Assembly: GCA_036835125.1 (NCBI GenBank)
Contig: DAITMO010000001.1
Location: 127,508-191,507 of the forward strand
DNA from: Patescibacteria group bacterium
Lineage (GTDB): Bacteria > Patescibacteriota > Microgenomatia > UBA8517
Direction: 5' to 3'
DNA: 64,000 nt
Shown: piece by piece, positions 1 through 10,027 of the stretch
How positions within the stretch are numbered: the stretch's first letter is position 1
Layout of the letters: every line of letters starts with the position of its first letter
The notes under the pieces: generated by a model
What the model saw: only the letters and a program-made list of their open reading frames with translations
Database searches by the model: none
Told to the model about the DNA's origin: nothing
Translations under genes and position numbers: made by a program

Positions 1-1763
1 TACCCCTGTACCCCTTAAATAAACAGCGGCCCAAGGTTTGTAGTTGCTTATAAATGTTTTATTAATAATTTCCTTCCCGTTTTTTGTTACAACATATTTG
101 AAAGTGACCTTTGCTCCCCATGCTTTGTAATCAATTTGTTTAATGGTTCCGATAGGCATTGTTGGATCGTCTTGATAAACGTCTGGGGGTGGGGAGGAAA
201 CATTGGTTATTACAGGTTTTGAAACAGATGAAACCCTACCGTCTTTTGTTCCGTATAGCTCAAAAACAAGAGAATAGTTTTTTGTATCAGCAGTAGCAGC
301 AATCAAAATATAGTTGTCTGTATCGTTAGTAAACTTAAAATCAGGAGAAGGACTGTATACTGTTGCATCAAAACCAGGGGAAGATCCTTGTTCATAGTAG
401 CCAACACGATAAGCATGTGCTTGTCTTTCATTTATAGGTAATCCTGAATTTAAAACTGCTCTAAAAAGAGTAGAAGAAACTTGGCAAACTCCACCACCGT
501 CTCCCAGAATAGTTTTACCCTCGTTTATAATATATGCTTGTTGATATCCAGTGAAGGAGGATACATCTCCCAAAGTTGTATTAAACGAAAACGTTTCGCC
601 TGGTTTGATTAAAGTTCCATTTATTCTACTCGTTGCTAAAGCAACATTGTGAACACGACCAGGAATGGAATGATAATAAGTTGAAGTACCTCTTCCAATT
701 AGTTCTTTAATTCCAAAATTATTGACTTCACCAGTCTCAATTTCAGAAGGAGTTTTCACTACAGGAATGTCAAAACCGACACTGGTATCAGAAGACGTTT
801 CTAATTTATTTATGTTTTCTTTAATTGTTACTTTAAATTTGTCTTTATCAACTTTAATTCCATCAAGAGCAGGTTGAAACTCTGATACTTTTCCATTTTC
901 AAAAACAAATTTTGGATTTTGAGCAGGTCTTTCTATTTTTTTTGCAACCTTTTCAAAAGTGTTTTCAAGAATATCCTCTTTAAAGTCTCCCTTAGGATCA
1001 AGAATTTCAAAAAGGTCACTCTCTTTTAGAGTAATTGTGGTGTATTCAAATTTCATAGAGATTAATTTACCCAAAAGATTTTCTGCTCTTTTTAGATATT
1101 CGTAAGATTCTTCTTCGGTTAGGGAGTTATCAATTGCATCGATTGGAATATGTATCTCTTCAGTGTTATTAAATGATAATCTATTAATTATTTCTTCTTT
1201 TAATTTTTGTTGATTAACTTCTAGTCCCGGGGAACCATTTTTGATAGAGACATATCCATCAAATTTTTCAATACTTGGTTCAACTGGACTTACTGATATT
1301 GATCCAGAAACAATAGAGGTCCAACTATTGAGCTTTTCCTCATCGATCGTGATTGCAAGGCCAAAATTTTTAGAATTAAAAAGCAAACTAACTCTATTTC
1401 CAAAATCGGTAAACACATTACCAGAACGTGTGTATTTATATGCCTGAATTGCAGATTCTGTAAAATCTATACTAAAATCGACCTCGCTTAATTTTAAAGT
1501 AAAAGTTTGATCTTGATATTTAAATGTTAGTTTTTCAGGAACAGAGATTTTCTGAGAAATATTTTCTATGGCTTTAGATAAAACAAGACCAGAAACATTT
1601 ATGTTGGAAACGAAAGTGTTTGGGTATATTTTTTCGCGAAAGGCGACAATATAAGAAGAAAAAAGAAGAATACTAATTAGTATTAAAGAAAAAACAATAA
1701 CAGAGACTCTTGCTATAGTTTTTTTTATTGCTTTTACTCTTTTTTTGTCAAAAAACCTTGTCA
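1..1763 (-). CDS. VanW family protein, partial (runs off window start); N-terminal TM anchor
   Basis: Reverse-strand translation is continuous from an ATG at about 1763 to position 1. It contains YYHSIPGRVHNVALATSRINGTLIKPGETFSFNTTLGDV and GDGGGVCQVSSTLFRAV, typical of the VanW domain. The ORF is absent from the track only because it is truncated at the window edge. Confidence 0.75.
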
Positions 1764-1812
1764 TATTCCAGGCTTATGATACCATTTATTTATAACCTAA
1801 TTCTAATTTACC

Positions 1813-3285
1813 ATGCCACCATCTAATGTTTTTCAAAACAACAATCAAAATAATCCTGTTGTTAATCCCGTTTTGGGGAATTCCCAGCAGTTGCAAAATC
1901 AACCTGAAATTAACTCGAATTCACAAATACCAGCATCACCCCCTTCCACACCTAAATATCCAAAGCTAAAAATTAAATTTTCGAAACCATTAATGATGAT
2001 AGCTGGAATTGTGTTTGCTTTAGTTGTTTTAATAATTTTGATTGTCAAAATATTTTTTGGAGGGTCTACTAAAAAATCGGGTGAGATAGTTTGGTGGGGT
2101 TTATGGGAGGACCAATCAGTAGTAACTCCTTTAATAAACTCGTATGAATCAACTCATCCAGGTGTAAAAATTACATATCTTAATCAATCAAAAGAGGATT
2201 ATAGAGAAAGACTAAAAAGTGCTTTGGCCAAAGGTGAAGGACCTGATATTTTTACAATTCATAACTCTTGGATACCAATGTTTAAAAACGAACTTGATGC
2301 ACTTCCTTCGTCATTAATTACTGCGGCAGATTATTCAAAAGACTTTTATCCTGTTATAACCTCAGATTTGTCATATGGGAATTCAATTGTTGGAATACCA
2401 CTTGGATATGATGCCTTGACTTTATATATCAATGAAGAAATATTTGAAAAGTCAGGAAAAAGCCCACCTTCTACCTGGGATGATTTAAGAAAAATGGCTA
2501 AAGAACTTACAATTAAAGATGAAAAGGGAATAATTGTGCAATCTGGAGTGGCATTAGGAAGAACTGAAAATGTAGATCATTGGCAGGAAATACTTGCCCT
2601 AATGATGATTCAAAATGGAGTAAATTTAGCAAATCCAGTTGGTGAAAACGCTGAAGATGCTTTGAAATTCTTTACACTTTTTTCATCAACAGATGGTGTT
2701 TGGGACGCAACACTTCCTACTTCAACACAGGCTTTTGAGGCAGGAAAACTTGCAATGTATTTTGCTCCTAGTTGGAGATCATTTGAAATTCAAGCAAAAA
2801 ATCCTCAGTTAAGATTTAAAACTGTAGCGCTTCCACAACTACCCGATGAGGGAACCGGTGAATCAATTAACATTAGTTATGCTACCTATTGGGCACAAAG
2901 TGTTTGGAATAAAAGTACACATAAATTAGAAGCGTGGAATTTTTTGAAGTATCTAAGCTCTAGCGATTCACTACAAACTCTTTACAAAAATGAAGCTGGT
3001 ACTAGAAGTTTTGGAGAACCGTACCCGAGGATTGATATGGCAGGTCTTTTAAAAGATCATCCACTTATTGGATCAATTGTGAACATGGCTCCATATGCTA
3101 GAAGTTGGTATTTGGCTAGCCGTACTTTTGATGGAGCAACAGGAATTAATACTCTAATGTCAAACTATTTTGGGGATGCTGTAAATGCTGTAACTACAGG
3201 CAAGAAGTCTCCTGAGGATGCATTAGAAACAGTTGCATTGGGTGTATCCCAAGTTCTTGCACAGTATGGAATTTTGCAAAAATAA
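1813..3285 (+). CDS. extracellular solute-binding protein (ABC transporter family 1, sugar-type) with N-terminal Q/N/P-rich region and TM anchor
   Basis: 490 aa. There is a TM segment after a low-complexity N-terminus. SBP_bac_1-like motifs are present (IVWWGLWEDQ, GPDIFTIHNSWIPMF, GIPLGYDALTLYINEE). Confidence 0.6.
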   Translation: MPPSNVFQNNNQNNPVVNPVLGNSQQLQNQPEINSNSQIPASPPSTPKYPKLKIKFSKPLMMIAGIVFALVVLIILIVKIFFGGSTKKSGEIVWWGLWEDQSVVTPLINSYESTHPGVKITYLNQSKEDYRERLKSALAKGEGPDIFTIHNSWIPMFKNELDALPSSLITAADYSKDFYPVITSDLSYGNSIVGIPLGYDALTLYINEEIFEKSGKSPPSTWDDLRKMAKELTIKDEKGIIVQSGVALGRTENVDHWQEILALMMIQNGVNLANPVGENAEDALKFFTLFSSTDGVWDATLPTSTQAFEAGKLAMYFAPSWRSFEIQAKNPQLRFKTVALPQLPDEGTGESINISYATYWAQSVWNKSTHKLEAWNFLKYLSSSDSLQTLYKNEAGTRSFGEPYPRIDMAGLLKDHPLIGSIVNMAPYARSWYLASRTFDGATGINTLMSNYFGDAVNAVTTGKKSPEDALETVALGVSQVLAQYGILQK

Positions 3286-4148
3286 TGTCCTATTTGCATG
3301 GTTTTGACTCCAAAAATATACCCTCGGAAGCTGAATTAACAAAGGGCGAAAAATTTTCAATTCTATATCACAGCATTTTTGACTATCCATTAAGTTTTTC
3401 TGAACTTATAAAATGGAAATTTGAAGGTTCTTTTAAGTTTAATAAAGTAAGTGAGATAGACATAGATTATAAAAATGGATTTTATTTTATTAAAGGGAAA
3501 GAGTGCCTTTTGTATAAAAGAAAGACACGGGAAAGGATTTCAAAAAAAAAGATTGAGTATGCTAAAAAGGCTACAAAATTAATTTCCTTTATACCTTCAG
3601 TTAAATTTGTAGGACTAACAGGATCTTTAGCAATGAATAATGCAGAAGAGGGCAGCGATATTGATCTAATTATCATTACAAAGAAAGGGCACCTCTGGTC
3701 TTCAAGAATGTTCACATACTTTTTGCTAAAAACAATGGGGTATGAGGTTAGAAAACCAAAACAAATGTTTCAAAAAGACAAGCTGTGTTTAAATATGTGG
3801 CTAGACGAAAGTGATTTGGTCTGGCCATCCAAAAATAGAAATATATATACTGCTCATGAAATTTTACAAATTGTGCCACTACTAACAAAAGAAAACATTT
3901 TTGAGAAATTATTAAAAGTAAACAAGTGGGTATTAAAATATTGGCCAAATGTAGTTAAAATACCAAACACTAGTAACAAATTCAAAGATATGAAATTAAA
4001 CAGTCTAAGCTTAATTGAGAATCTACTATTCAAAATTCAGCATTTTTATATGAAAAAAAAGATTACTAAAGAACAAATTAGCCAAACAAAAGCAATTTTT
4101 CACCCTAGGAACTTGAGTAAACAAATATTAGCTAAGATTAGACCTTGA
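3285..4148 (+). CDS. Pol-beta superfamily nucleotidyltransferase domain protein, function unknown
   Basis: It carries the GS...DxD NTase motif (VGLTGSLAMNNAEEGSDIDLIIIT). Its start overlaps the SBP stop (ATGA). An A9 homopolymer lies at about 3542-3550. Confidence 0.5.
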   Translation: MSYLHGFDSKNIPSEAELTKGEKFSILYHSIFDYPLSFSELIKWKFEGSFKFNKVSEIDIDYKNGFYFIKGKECLLYKRKTRERISKKKIEYAKKATKLISFIPSVKFVGLTGSLAMNNAEEGSDIDLIIITKKGHLWSSRMFTYFLLKTMGYEVRKPKQMFQKDKLCLNMWLDESDLVWPSKNRNIYTAHEILQIVPLLTKENIFEKLLKVNKWVLKYWPNVVKIPNTSNKFKDMKLNSLSLIENLLFKIQHFYMKKKITKEQISQTKAIFHPRNLSKQILAKIRP

Positions 4149-4198
4149 CAAGGCTAGAAAGACTTTCTAAAATAGCACTCATTGGGTTAGAATGCTAA
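4145..4198 (+). promoter_or_regulatory. sigma70-like promoter (TTGACA, 17 nt spacer, TAAAAT) overlapping a CIRCE operator upstream of groES
   Basis: TTGACA is at 4145-4150, followed by a 17-nt spacer and TAAAAT at 4168-4173. The element TAGCACTC-N9-GAATGCTAA lies at 4173-4198. It matches the CIRCE consensus TTAGCACTC-N9-GAGTGCTAA with two mismatches. Confidence 0.8.
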
Positions 4199-4208
4199 CT
4201 AAGTAATT

Positions 4209-4502
4209 ATGACAAAATTAAACATCAAACCAACCGCAGGATATGTATTAATTGAACCTGTTGAGGCAGAAACCAAAACTGCATCAGGAATATATCTACC
4301 CGATTCAAACACCGAAAAACCTCAAAAAGGAAAAGTAATTGCAATTGGTGGAAGCATTTTTCAGGAAGGCCAAAAAGTTGAAACTCCAGTAAAATTAAAT
4401 GAAATTGTTTTCTATAAAAAATGGGGTGGAAATGAAGTTAAAATTGAAGGAAAAGAATATTTGTTTGTAAAGTTTGAGGATATTTTAGCAGTTGAAGGAT
4501 AA
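4209..4502 (+). CDS. groES: co-chaperonin GroES
   Basis: 97 aa. The sequence IKPTAGYVLIEPVEAETKTASGIYLPD is typical of Cpn10. It lies immediately upstream of groEL. Confidence 0.95.
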   Translation: MTKLNIKPTAGYVLIEPVEAETKTASGIYLPDSNTEKPQKGKVIAIGGSIFQEGQKVETPVKLNEIVFYKKWGGNEVKIEGKEYLFVKFEDILAVEG

Positions 4503-4526
4503 ACACAGAATAGACATATATTAAAT

Positions 4527-6152
4527 ATGGCAAAACAACTTAAATTTTCAAAAGAAGCAAGAGAGTCGCTCCTTAAAGGAATTGACACTGTTGCTAAGGC
4601 AGTAGTTACAACTCTTGGACCAAAAGGGAGAAACATTGCAATAGATAAAAAGTGGGGAGCACCAAATATAGTTCACGATGGCGTAACTGTTGCAAAAGAA
4701 ATTGATCTTCCAGATCCATTTGAAAACATGGGTGCTCAGCTTGTAAAAGAAGCTGCAAGTAAAACCAACGATAATGCGGGTGATGGAACCACAACATCGA
4801 CTTTATTAGCTCAGGTTATGACTCAAAAAGGAATGGAAGAGGTAGATAAAGGGGCAAACCCAATGATTATTAAAAAGGGCATGGAGAAAGCAGTAGAGGC
4901 TGTCACAGAAGAACTTAAAAAGATGGCCAAGCCCATCAAAGGACATGAGGAAATTTCTCAAGTTGCTAAAATTTCTGCAGGTGATGAGACAATTGGTGAG
5001 AAGATAGCAGAAGCCCTTGATAAGGTGGGACGTGATGGAGTTGTCACTGTTGAAGAGGGGAAAGGTTTAACAATTGATATTGAGTATAAAGAAGGAATGG
5101 AATTTGATCGCGGTTATGCTTCAGCTTATTTTGTAACAAATCCTGATAAAATGGAGGCAGAAATAGAATCTCCTTATATTCTTTTGACAGATAAAAAAGT
5201 GACTTCAATCCAGGAACTTCTACCTTTCTTAGAAAAATTTGTAAAAGTAAGTAAAAGCTTAGTAATTATTGCTGATGAAATTGAAGGAGAAGCCTTGGCA
5301 ACACTTGTAGTTAATAGACTTAAGGGAACTTTCAATATTCTTGCAATTAAAGCTCCAGGGTTTGGTGATAGAAGAAAAGAGAGTTTGGAAGATATCGCAA
5401 TACTCACAGGAGGAACTGTTATAAGTGAGGATACAGGTAGAACATTTGAATCTATTGAAGTTTCAGATCTTGGACAAGCCGATAAAGTTTGGGCTGACAA
5501 AGATAATGCAAGAATCATTGGAGGAAAAGGTGATAAAGCTATGATTGATGCTAGAGTCGAGTCAATCAAAAAGCAGATCAAATCAAGTGACTCAGATTTT
5601 GATAAGGAAAAACTTGAAGAACGCTTAGCAAAGCTCTCTGGGGGAGTTGCCCAAATAAACGTTGGAGCAGCCACCGAAGTTGAATTAAATGACAAAAAAG
5701 AAAGAGTAAAAGATGCTGTTGGAGCAACAAAGGCAGCAATTGAAGAAGGAATTGTTCCAGGTGGAGAGACTTCACTTTTAAGAGTAAGAGAAGTTATTAA
5801 GAAAATTAAAGTAGAAAAAGGTGATGAACAAATAGGGCTTGATATTGTCTATTCTTCTTTGGAAGAGCCACTCAAGTGGCTTGCAAAAAATGCAGGTGAA
5901 GATGGTGAAGAAGTGTTAACTAAAATTCTTGGACAGAAAGAAATTGATTTTGGTTTTAATGCGTTAACAGGAGAATTTGGAAGCATGACCAAAATGGGAG
6001 TAATTGACCCTGTAAAAGTAACCAGAAGTGCCCTTCAAAATGCAGCAAGTGTTGCCATGATGGTTCTCACTACAGAAGGTTTGATTACAGATTTGCCAGA
6101 GGAAAAGAAAGAACCAATGATGCCTCCAGGTGGAATGGGAATGGACTATTAA
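4527..6152 (+). CDS. groEL: chaperonin GroEL
   Basis: 541 aa. It has AKQLKFSKEARE, TTLGPKGRNIAIDKKWGAP and a C-terminal GGM repeat (PGGMGMDY). Confidence 0.97.
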   Translation: MAKQLKFSKEARESLLKGIDTVAKAVVTTLGPKGRNIAIDKKWGAPNIVHDGVTVAKEIDLPDPFENMGAQLVKEAASKTNDNAGDGTTTSTLLAQVMTQKGMEEVDKGANPMIIKKGMEKAVEAVTEELKKMAKPIKGHEEISQVAKISAGDETIGEKIAEALDKVGRDGVVTVEEGKGLTIDIEYKEGMEFDRGYASAYFVTNPDKMEAEIESPYILLTDKKVTSIQELLPFLEKFVKVSKSLVIIADEIEGEALATLVVNRLKGTFNILAIKAPGFGDRRKESLEDIAILTGGTVISEDTGRTFESIEVSDLGQADKVWADKDNARIIGGKGDKAMIDARVESIKKQIKSSDSDFDKEKLEERLAKLSGGVAQINVGAATEVELNDKKERVKDAVGATKAAIEEGIVPGGETSLLRVREVIKKIKVEKGDEQIGLDIVYSSLEEPLKWLAKNAGEDGEEVLTKILGQKEIDFGFNALTGEFGSMTKMGVIDPVKVTRSALQNAASVAMMVLTTEGLITDLPEEKKEPMMPPGGMGMDY

Positions 6153-6204
6153 TACTTACCTAATTACCAGTTATTATCTATCAATTTTCAGTTAAAATGC
6201 TGTT

Positions 6205-6801
6205 ATGTGGAAAGATGCTGAGAAGTTTTTAAGTGAGGATAAGTACATAGGACCTTTGATTAAAAAATGGGGAAATGTTCAAATAAAAAAGACTCCAAGA
6301 ACTAAGTATTTTGAAAATCTTTTTGAATCCATCGTGAATCAACAGTTATCAGGAAAAGCAGCCTCAACCATTTTTGGAAGAGTTAAAAAACTTTGTAAAG
6401 GAAAAATCTCTCCAGGTGTGATTCTGAAAATATCTGATGAAAAATTAAGATCAGCAGGTTTGTCCCATCAAAAAATTAGTTATGTTAAGGATTTAGCGTA
6501 TAAAGTTAAAAGACGAGAGATAAATATTGAAAATAATGATAGTCTGTCAGATGAAGAAATAATAGAAGAATTAATAAAAGTAAAAGGAATAGGGCGTTGG
6601 ACTGCAGAAATGTTTTTAATGTTCAGTCTTGCACGGCCAGACATATTTCCAATTGATGATTTGGGAATAAAAAAAGGATTTGAGAAAGTAACAGGAAAAA
6701 GTTGGGATAAAGAAAAATCTGCTAAGTTGGCTAAAAAACATTGGTCTCCTTATCGTACCGTAGCCTCCTGGTATTTGTGGAGAAGCCTTGAAAATAGATA
6801 A
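6205..6801 (+). CDS. HhH-GPD family DNA glycosylase (DNA-3-methyladenine glycosylase II/AlkA-like)
   Basis: HhH-GPD motif: VKGIGRWTAEMFLMFSLARPDIFPIDDLGIKKG. Confidence 0.7.
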   Translation: MWKDAEKFLSEDKYIGPLIKKWGNVQIKKTPRTKYFENLFESIVNQQLSGKAASTIFGRVKKLCKGKISPGVILKISDEKLRSAGLSHQKISYVKDLAYKVKRREINIENNDSLSDEEIIEELIKVKGIGRWTAEMFLMFSLARPDIFPIDDLGIKKGFEKVTGKSWDKEKSAKLAKKHWSPYRTVASWYLWRSLENR

Positions 6802-6822
6802 TAATTATGTAATTATTGCGGC

Positions 6823-7245
6823 ATGTCTCCTGAAAGAGTTGAAACCACTGGGAAAAAAGGAATAATTTTTATTTTATTAGATCATAATGTAATTCAACTC
6901 GAAGAGAGAACAAAATTGGGTGATAAATTTTTTGGCTACACAATAATTCCGGGCGGAGGAATTAAACAGAATGAAACTCCAGAGACAGCTCTTTGTAGAG
7001 AAGTAATTGAGGAATATGGCGTTTTACCATTAAAGTTTAAGAAACTGGGAGAAATCAGCTCTTATGAGGAAAATGATCGTTTAAATACGAGATATGTTTA
7101 TTTAGTAACTAAATGGTTGGGAGTGCTTGGTAATCCAGAGAAAAAGAGTCAGCATATTGAAGTTGATCTAGATATTGCTAAGAATATTTGTAAACACCCC
7201 ATTTCACAACAGGTGTTAACTTTGTTAAAGAAAGACTTATTTTGA
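6823..7245 (+). CDS. NUDIX hydrolase
   Basis: Nudix box GGGIKQNETPETALCREVIEEYGV (G-x5-E-x7-REVxEExG). Confidence 0.75.
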   Translation: MSPERVETTGKKGIIFILLDHNVIQLEERTKLGDKFFGYTIIPGGGIKQNETPETALCREVIEEYGVLPLKFKKLGEISSYEENDRLNTRYVYLVTKWLGVLGNPEKKSQHIEVDLDIAKNICKHPISQQVLTLLKKDLF

Positions 7246-7920
7246 CAAAACAGTCAAAGGGTTTAATGAAAGCCCGTTTTGGTGAATCTCTAAATGAAGA
7301 TGAATTCCTGTTGCTCTTCCTGTTGCACCCATTTTTCCAATTATTGTATCAGTGGTTACAATATCTCCTGTTTTTACATAAATCTTTGAAAGATGTGCAT
7401 AATATGACTCAATTCCATTTCTGTGAAGTAAAACAATTAGGTTTCCATATCCAGATCTGTCCCAACCTGCATAGGCAACTACTCCATTCATAACAGGTTT
7501 AATTGGAGTGTCTAAAGTTCCACCAAAATCTAAGGCTTTATGGAATATGCTGTAGCCTTGGTTAATAACTACTTTTCCAACAGGATAGATCATTGATTTT
7601 TCTGTTGCCAAATTAGTTTCTGCTTCCAAAATCACATTTTCAGAAGCTTCAGCCTGTATGTTTTGTGGATGAGGAACTAAAATCATAGCAGCAACAAATG
7701 TTGCAAAAGCTGATGCAAATATCTTTCTTATATTTTTGTGCCCTGTGAAGTACCTAACAAGTTTTCCAGGTAGGGTTCCTGTACGATATCTTTTATCAAT
7801 CTTGGATGGCCTAATAATAATTGGCTCATCAAGCTGCAGCAAAGGCTTTCGCCTCTTAATGACTTTTACGTGCATTTGAAGGCGATACTTAGGTAACTCT
7901 ATGTTTATTTTTCTTCTCAT
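7237..7920 (-). CDS. M23 family metallopeptidase (LytM-like) with N-terminal membrane anchor
   Basis: Peptidase_M23 motifs: HKALDFGGTLDTPIKPVMNGVVAYAG, YGNLIVLLHRNGIESYYAHL, GATGRATGIHLHLEI. Confidence 0.8.
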   Translation of the reverse strand: MRRKINIELPKYRLQMHVKVIKRRKPLLQLDEPIIIRPSKIDKRYRTGTLPGKLVRYFTGHKNIRKIFASAFATFVAAMILVPHPQNIQAEASENVILEAETNLATEKSMIYPVGKVVINQGYSIFHKALDFGGTLDTPIKPVMNGVVAYAGWDRSGYGNLIVLLHRNGIESYYAHLSKIYVKTGDIVTTDTIIGKMGATGRATGIHLHLEIHQNGLSLNPLTVLSK

Positions 7921-7980
7921 ATAGCACCGAATTCCTCGGTGCCACAGACAGAATTTAGCTTTAAAACAAATCTAAATTCC

Positions 7981-8005
7981 AATAAAAAATCCCGCTTTGT
8001 GCGGG
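7981..8005 (-). terminator. rho-independent terminator (minus strand) downstream of tRNA-Cys
   Basis: Hairpin cccgc-tttgt-gcggg at 7991-8005. Read on the minus strand it is followed by ATTTTTTATT (7981-7990). Confidence 0.55.
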
Positions 8006-8079
8006 ACAAGTCGCTATTTTATCTTATGAAAAGCCTCAAAGTCAAGTTTGGGAAGCTTACAATTTAGGTTGGTAAATAG

Positions 8080-8154
8080 TGGAGGCCGGAGCGGGAATCG
8101 AACCCGCGCATAAGAGTTTTGCAGACTCCTGTGTTTCCTCTTCACCATCCGGCC
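8080..8154 (-). tRNA. tRNA-Cys (anticodon GCA), CCA encoded
   Basis: The reverse complement of 8080-8154 reads GGCCGGA TG GTGAAGAGGAAACAC A GGAGT CTGCAAA ACTCT TATGC GCGGGTTCGATTCCCGC TCCGGCC T CCA. The acceptor stem is 7 bp. The T-arm is GGTTCGATTCC. The anticodon loop is CTGCAAA, giving anticodon GCA. Confidence 0.85.
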
Positions 8155-8217
8155 TTACTTTATAAGGACAATGGTATTTTAACATGAACCCAGCTTGTGT
8201 TACACTCGAACACGGTA

Positions 8218-9063
8218 ATGAAAAAGTTAAAGATAATTTTGATCGTTATTATATCAATCTTTGCTGTTGGAGTTGTGGGACTTTTTTTGATGGGATATTT
8301 TGCTCCTAAGCCTGGTGGTTTGAGAATAGAAACAAGTCCTAAGGCTTCAGTGTTTGTAAACGGTGAACTTAATGGAACAACTCCTTTTGAAGGTTCATTT
8401 CCTGCAGGCAAAATTTTATTAAGGTTAGTTCCAGAAGGATCTAGTGAAAATCTTATTTCTTATGAAACGTCTGTAAACCTTGAAGAAGGTACAGAAACAG
8501 TAATAGGAAGAAATTTTAGAACGTCAGAGGATGAATCATCAGGCTATGTTGTTTCTTTTGAGAAGAGTGCTGCTAAAACTGCAAGCCTTACTGCCATTTC
8601 ATTACCAGATGCATCACAAGTTGTAATAGATGGAGTTTCTAGAGGTTTCTCACCATACAATATATCTGCAATATCTCCTGGTATGCACACAGTTACTATT
8701 AAATCTCCAGGATATACAGATTTTACAATGACAGTAAAAACAGTTGTTGGGTTTCGTCTTACTTTCTATGTAAAACTTGGTCTTGCATCACAAAATTCGT
8801 TTATAAAAAATGATTCAGTAAATCAGAAAACAGTAACCATACTAGATACTCCTGAAGGATACGTAAAAGTGAAAGCGGCTCCAGGGGATAATAATGAATA
8901 TATAGCTCAGGTAAAAAGTGGGGAAACATATCCATATGTAGATACTGATGTAGAAACAGGAGAAGTTGAGATACAATATCAAGCACCAAAATCTGGAATG
9001 CCCTCTGGTTTAACAGGTTGGATCCCAGGAAACCTTGCTTCAGTTAGTGCCTTAATTAAATAA
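8218..9063 (+). CDS. PEGA domain-containing membrane-anchored protein
   Basis: N-terminal TM (MKKLKIILIVIISIFAVGVVGLFL). PEGA-like segments: GTTPFEGSFPAGKILLRLVPEG and IDGVSRGFSPYNISAISPGMHTVTIKSPGYTDFTMTV. The ORF track starts at 8197, but MKKLK at 8218 fits a signal anchor. Confidence 0.6.
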   Translation: MKKLKIILIVIISIFAVGVVGLFLMGYFAPKPGGLRIETSPKASVFVNGELNGTTPFEGSFPAGKILLRLVPEGSSENLISYETSVNLEEGTETVIGRNFRTSEDESSGYVVSFEKSAAKTASLTAISLPDASQVVIDGVSRGFSPYNISAISPGMHTVTIKSPGYTDFTMTVKTVVGFRLTFYVKLGLASQNSFIKNDSVNQKTVTILDTPEGYVKVKAAPGDNNEYIAQVKSGETYPYVDTDVETGEVEIQYQAPKSGMPSGLTGWIPGNLASVSALIK

Positions 9064-10027
9064 CAGTAATACCACTATAGAGAACCCAGAAGATTAGAAG
9101 AATCCATGTAATTACAGCAGCAATCAAAGATTTATCTTTTAGTATCAATTTTTCAGGTCTTTCGCTTCTATCTTGAAAAATTAAAGATTCATATCTCATT
9201 ATTCCAAAAATTGCCACAGGAATTGTTAACATTAGAAGTTTTCCTACAGTTGTAGTTTTGGATAACTCTGCTAGTACGAGCCAAACAGGAAGAGAAGCTC
9301 TTGGGCTTTCAAAAAATGTAAAAAGGGACCATGAAAGCCAGGAAGCTGCTCCAAACATAGTGACATATGAATTAAGAAGCCCTTTTTTATATGCAATTAA
9401 GCTTTTCCTTGTTGTGTCAACTGCACCAACAGTATTAAGTTCAGCCCTTCTTTTTCCTGAAGCTAAAAATAGAGCAACTGAAATCACACAAAGAAGAAAC
9501 CATACTGAGATGTGAGAATTAATAACAATGGCACCTGCATATACTCTTAAAACAAACCCTGCAGCAATTAACATAATGTCTAGTATTGCAACATTTTTCA
9601 AAAACAAACTATAAAGAAACTGCATTACTAAATAGAAAAGTATTATTGATGTAAAGAAATGATCAAGACCTCCTATGCTTGCTGCAATAAAAGCTCCAGC
9701 AAGTAGGACGATAGCCTCAGTGATGGCTAAAGAAACAGGTATTAAACCACAGGCGATTGGTCGAAATCTTTTTGTAGGATGCATGAGATCTACCTTTCGA
9801 TCAAAAACATCATTAATAATGTAGGTTGCGGAGGTTACAAAACAAAAGACTATAAAAGCCCAAAATGTTTTGGTAAATAGTTCTATGTCAAAAAAGTTTC
9901 CAGATAAAAATAGAGGAGCAAAGATTGCTAAATTTTTAATCCAATGAACAGGCCGAGCTGCAACCGCCGCAGCATAAATCAGATGGAATCCTTTTGCTTG
10001 TCTTTTTTGAGTTTGAGTGTCAACCAT
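9056..10027 (-). CDS. UbiA family prenyltransferase, decaprenyl-phosphate phosphoribosyltransferase (DPPR synthase)-like
   Basis: Polytopic membrane protein with a UbiA Asp-rich motif (YIINDVFDRKVDLMHPTKRFRPIACG). Its 5' end overlaps the 3' end of the upstream GT4 gene by about 49 nt. Confidence 0.65.
   Translation of the reverse strand: MVDTQTQKRQAKGFHLIYAAAVAARPVHWIKNLAIFAPLFLSGNFFDIELFTKTFWAFIVFCFVTSATYIINDVFDRKVDLMHPTKRFRPIACGLIPVSLAITEAIVLLAGAFIAASIGGLDHFFTSIILFYLVMQFLYSLFLKNVAILDIMLIAAGFVLRVYAGAIVINSHISVWFLLCVISVALFLASGKRRAELNTVGAVDTTRKSLIAYKKGLLNSYVTMFGAASWLSWSLFTFFESPRASLPVWLVLAELSKTTTVGKLLMLTIPVAIFGIMRYESLIFQDRSERPEKLILKDKSLIAAVITWILLIFWVLYSGITVI

Noticed and set aside
3285-4148. 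Nucleotidyltransferase as a CBASS cyclic-oligonucleotide synthase
   Set aside because: No effector or Cap genes are adjacent. It is flanked by a transporter SBP and groES. Only the generic Pol-beta GS/DxD motif is present.
3482-5775. Multiple minus-strand ORFs (3482..3715, 3748..3948, 4412..4636, 4606..4797, 5174..5695, 5578..5775) inside the NTase, groES and groEL genes
   Set aside because: They are fully nested antisense to strongly supported genes, with low-complexity Leu/Ser-rich translations. These are shadow ORFs.
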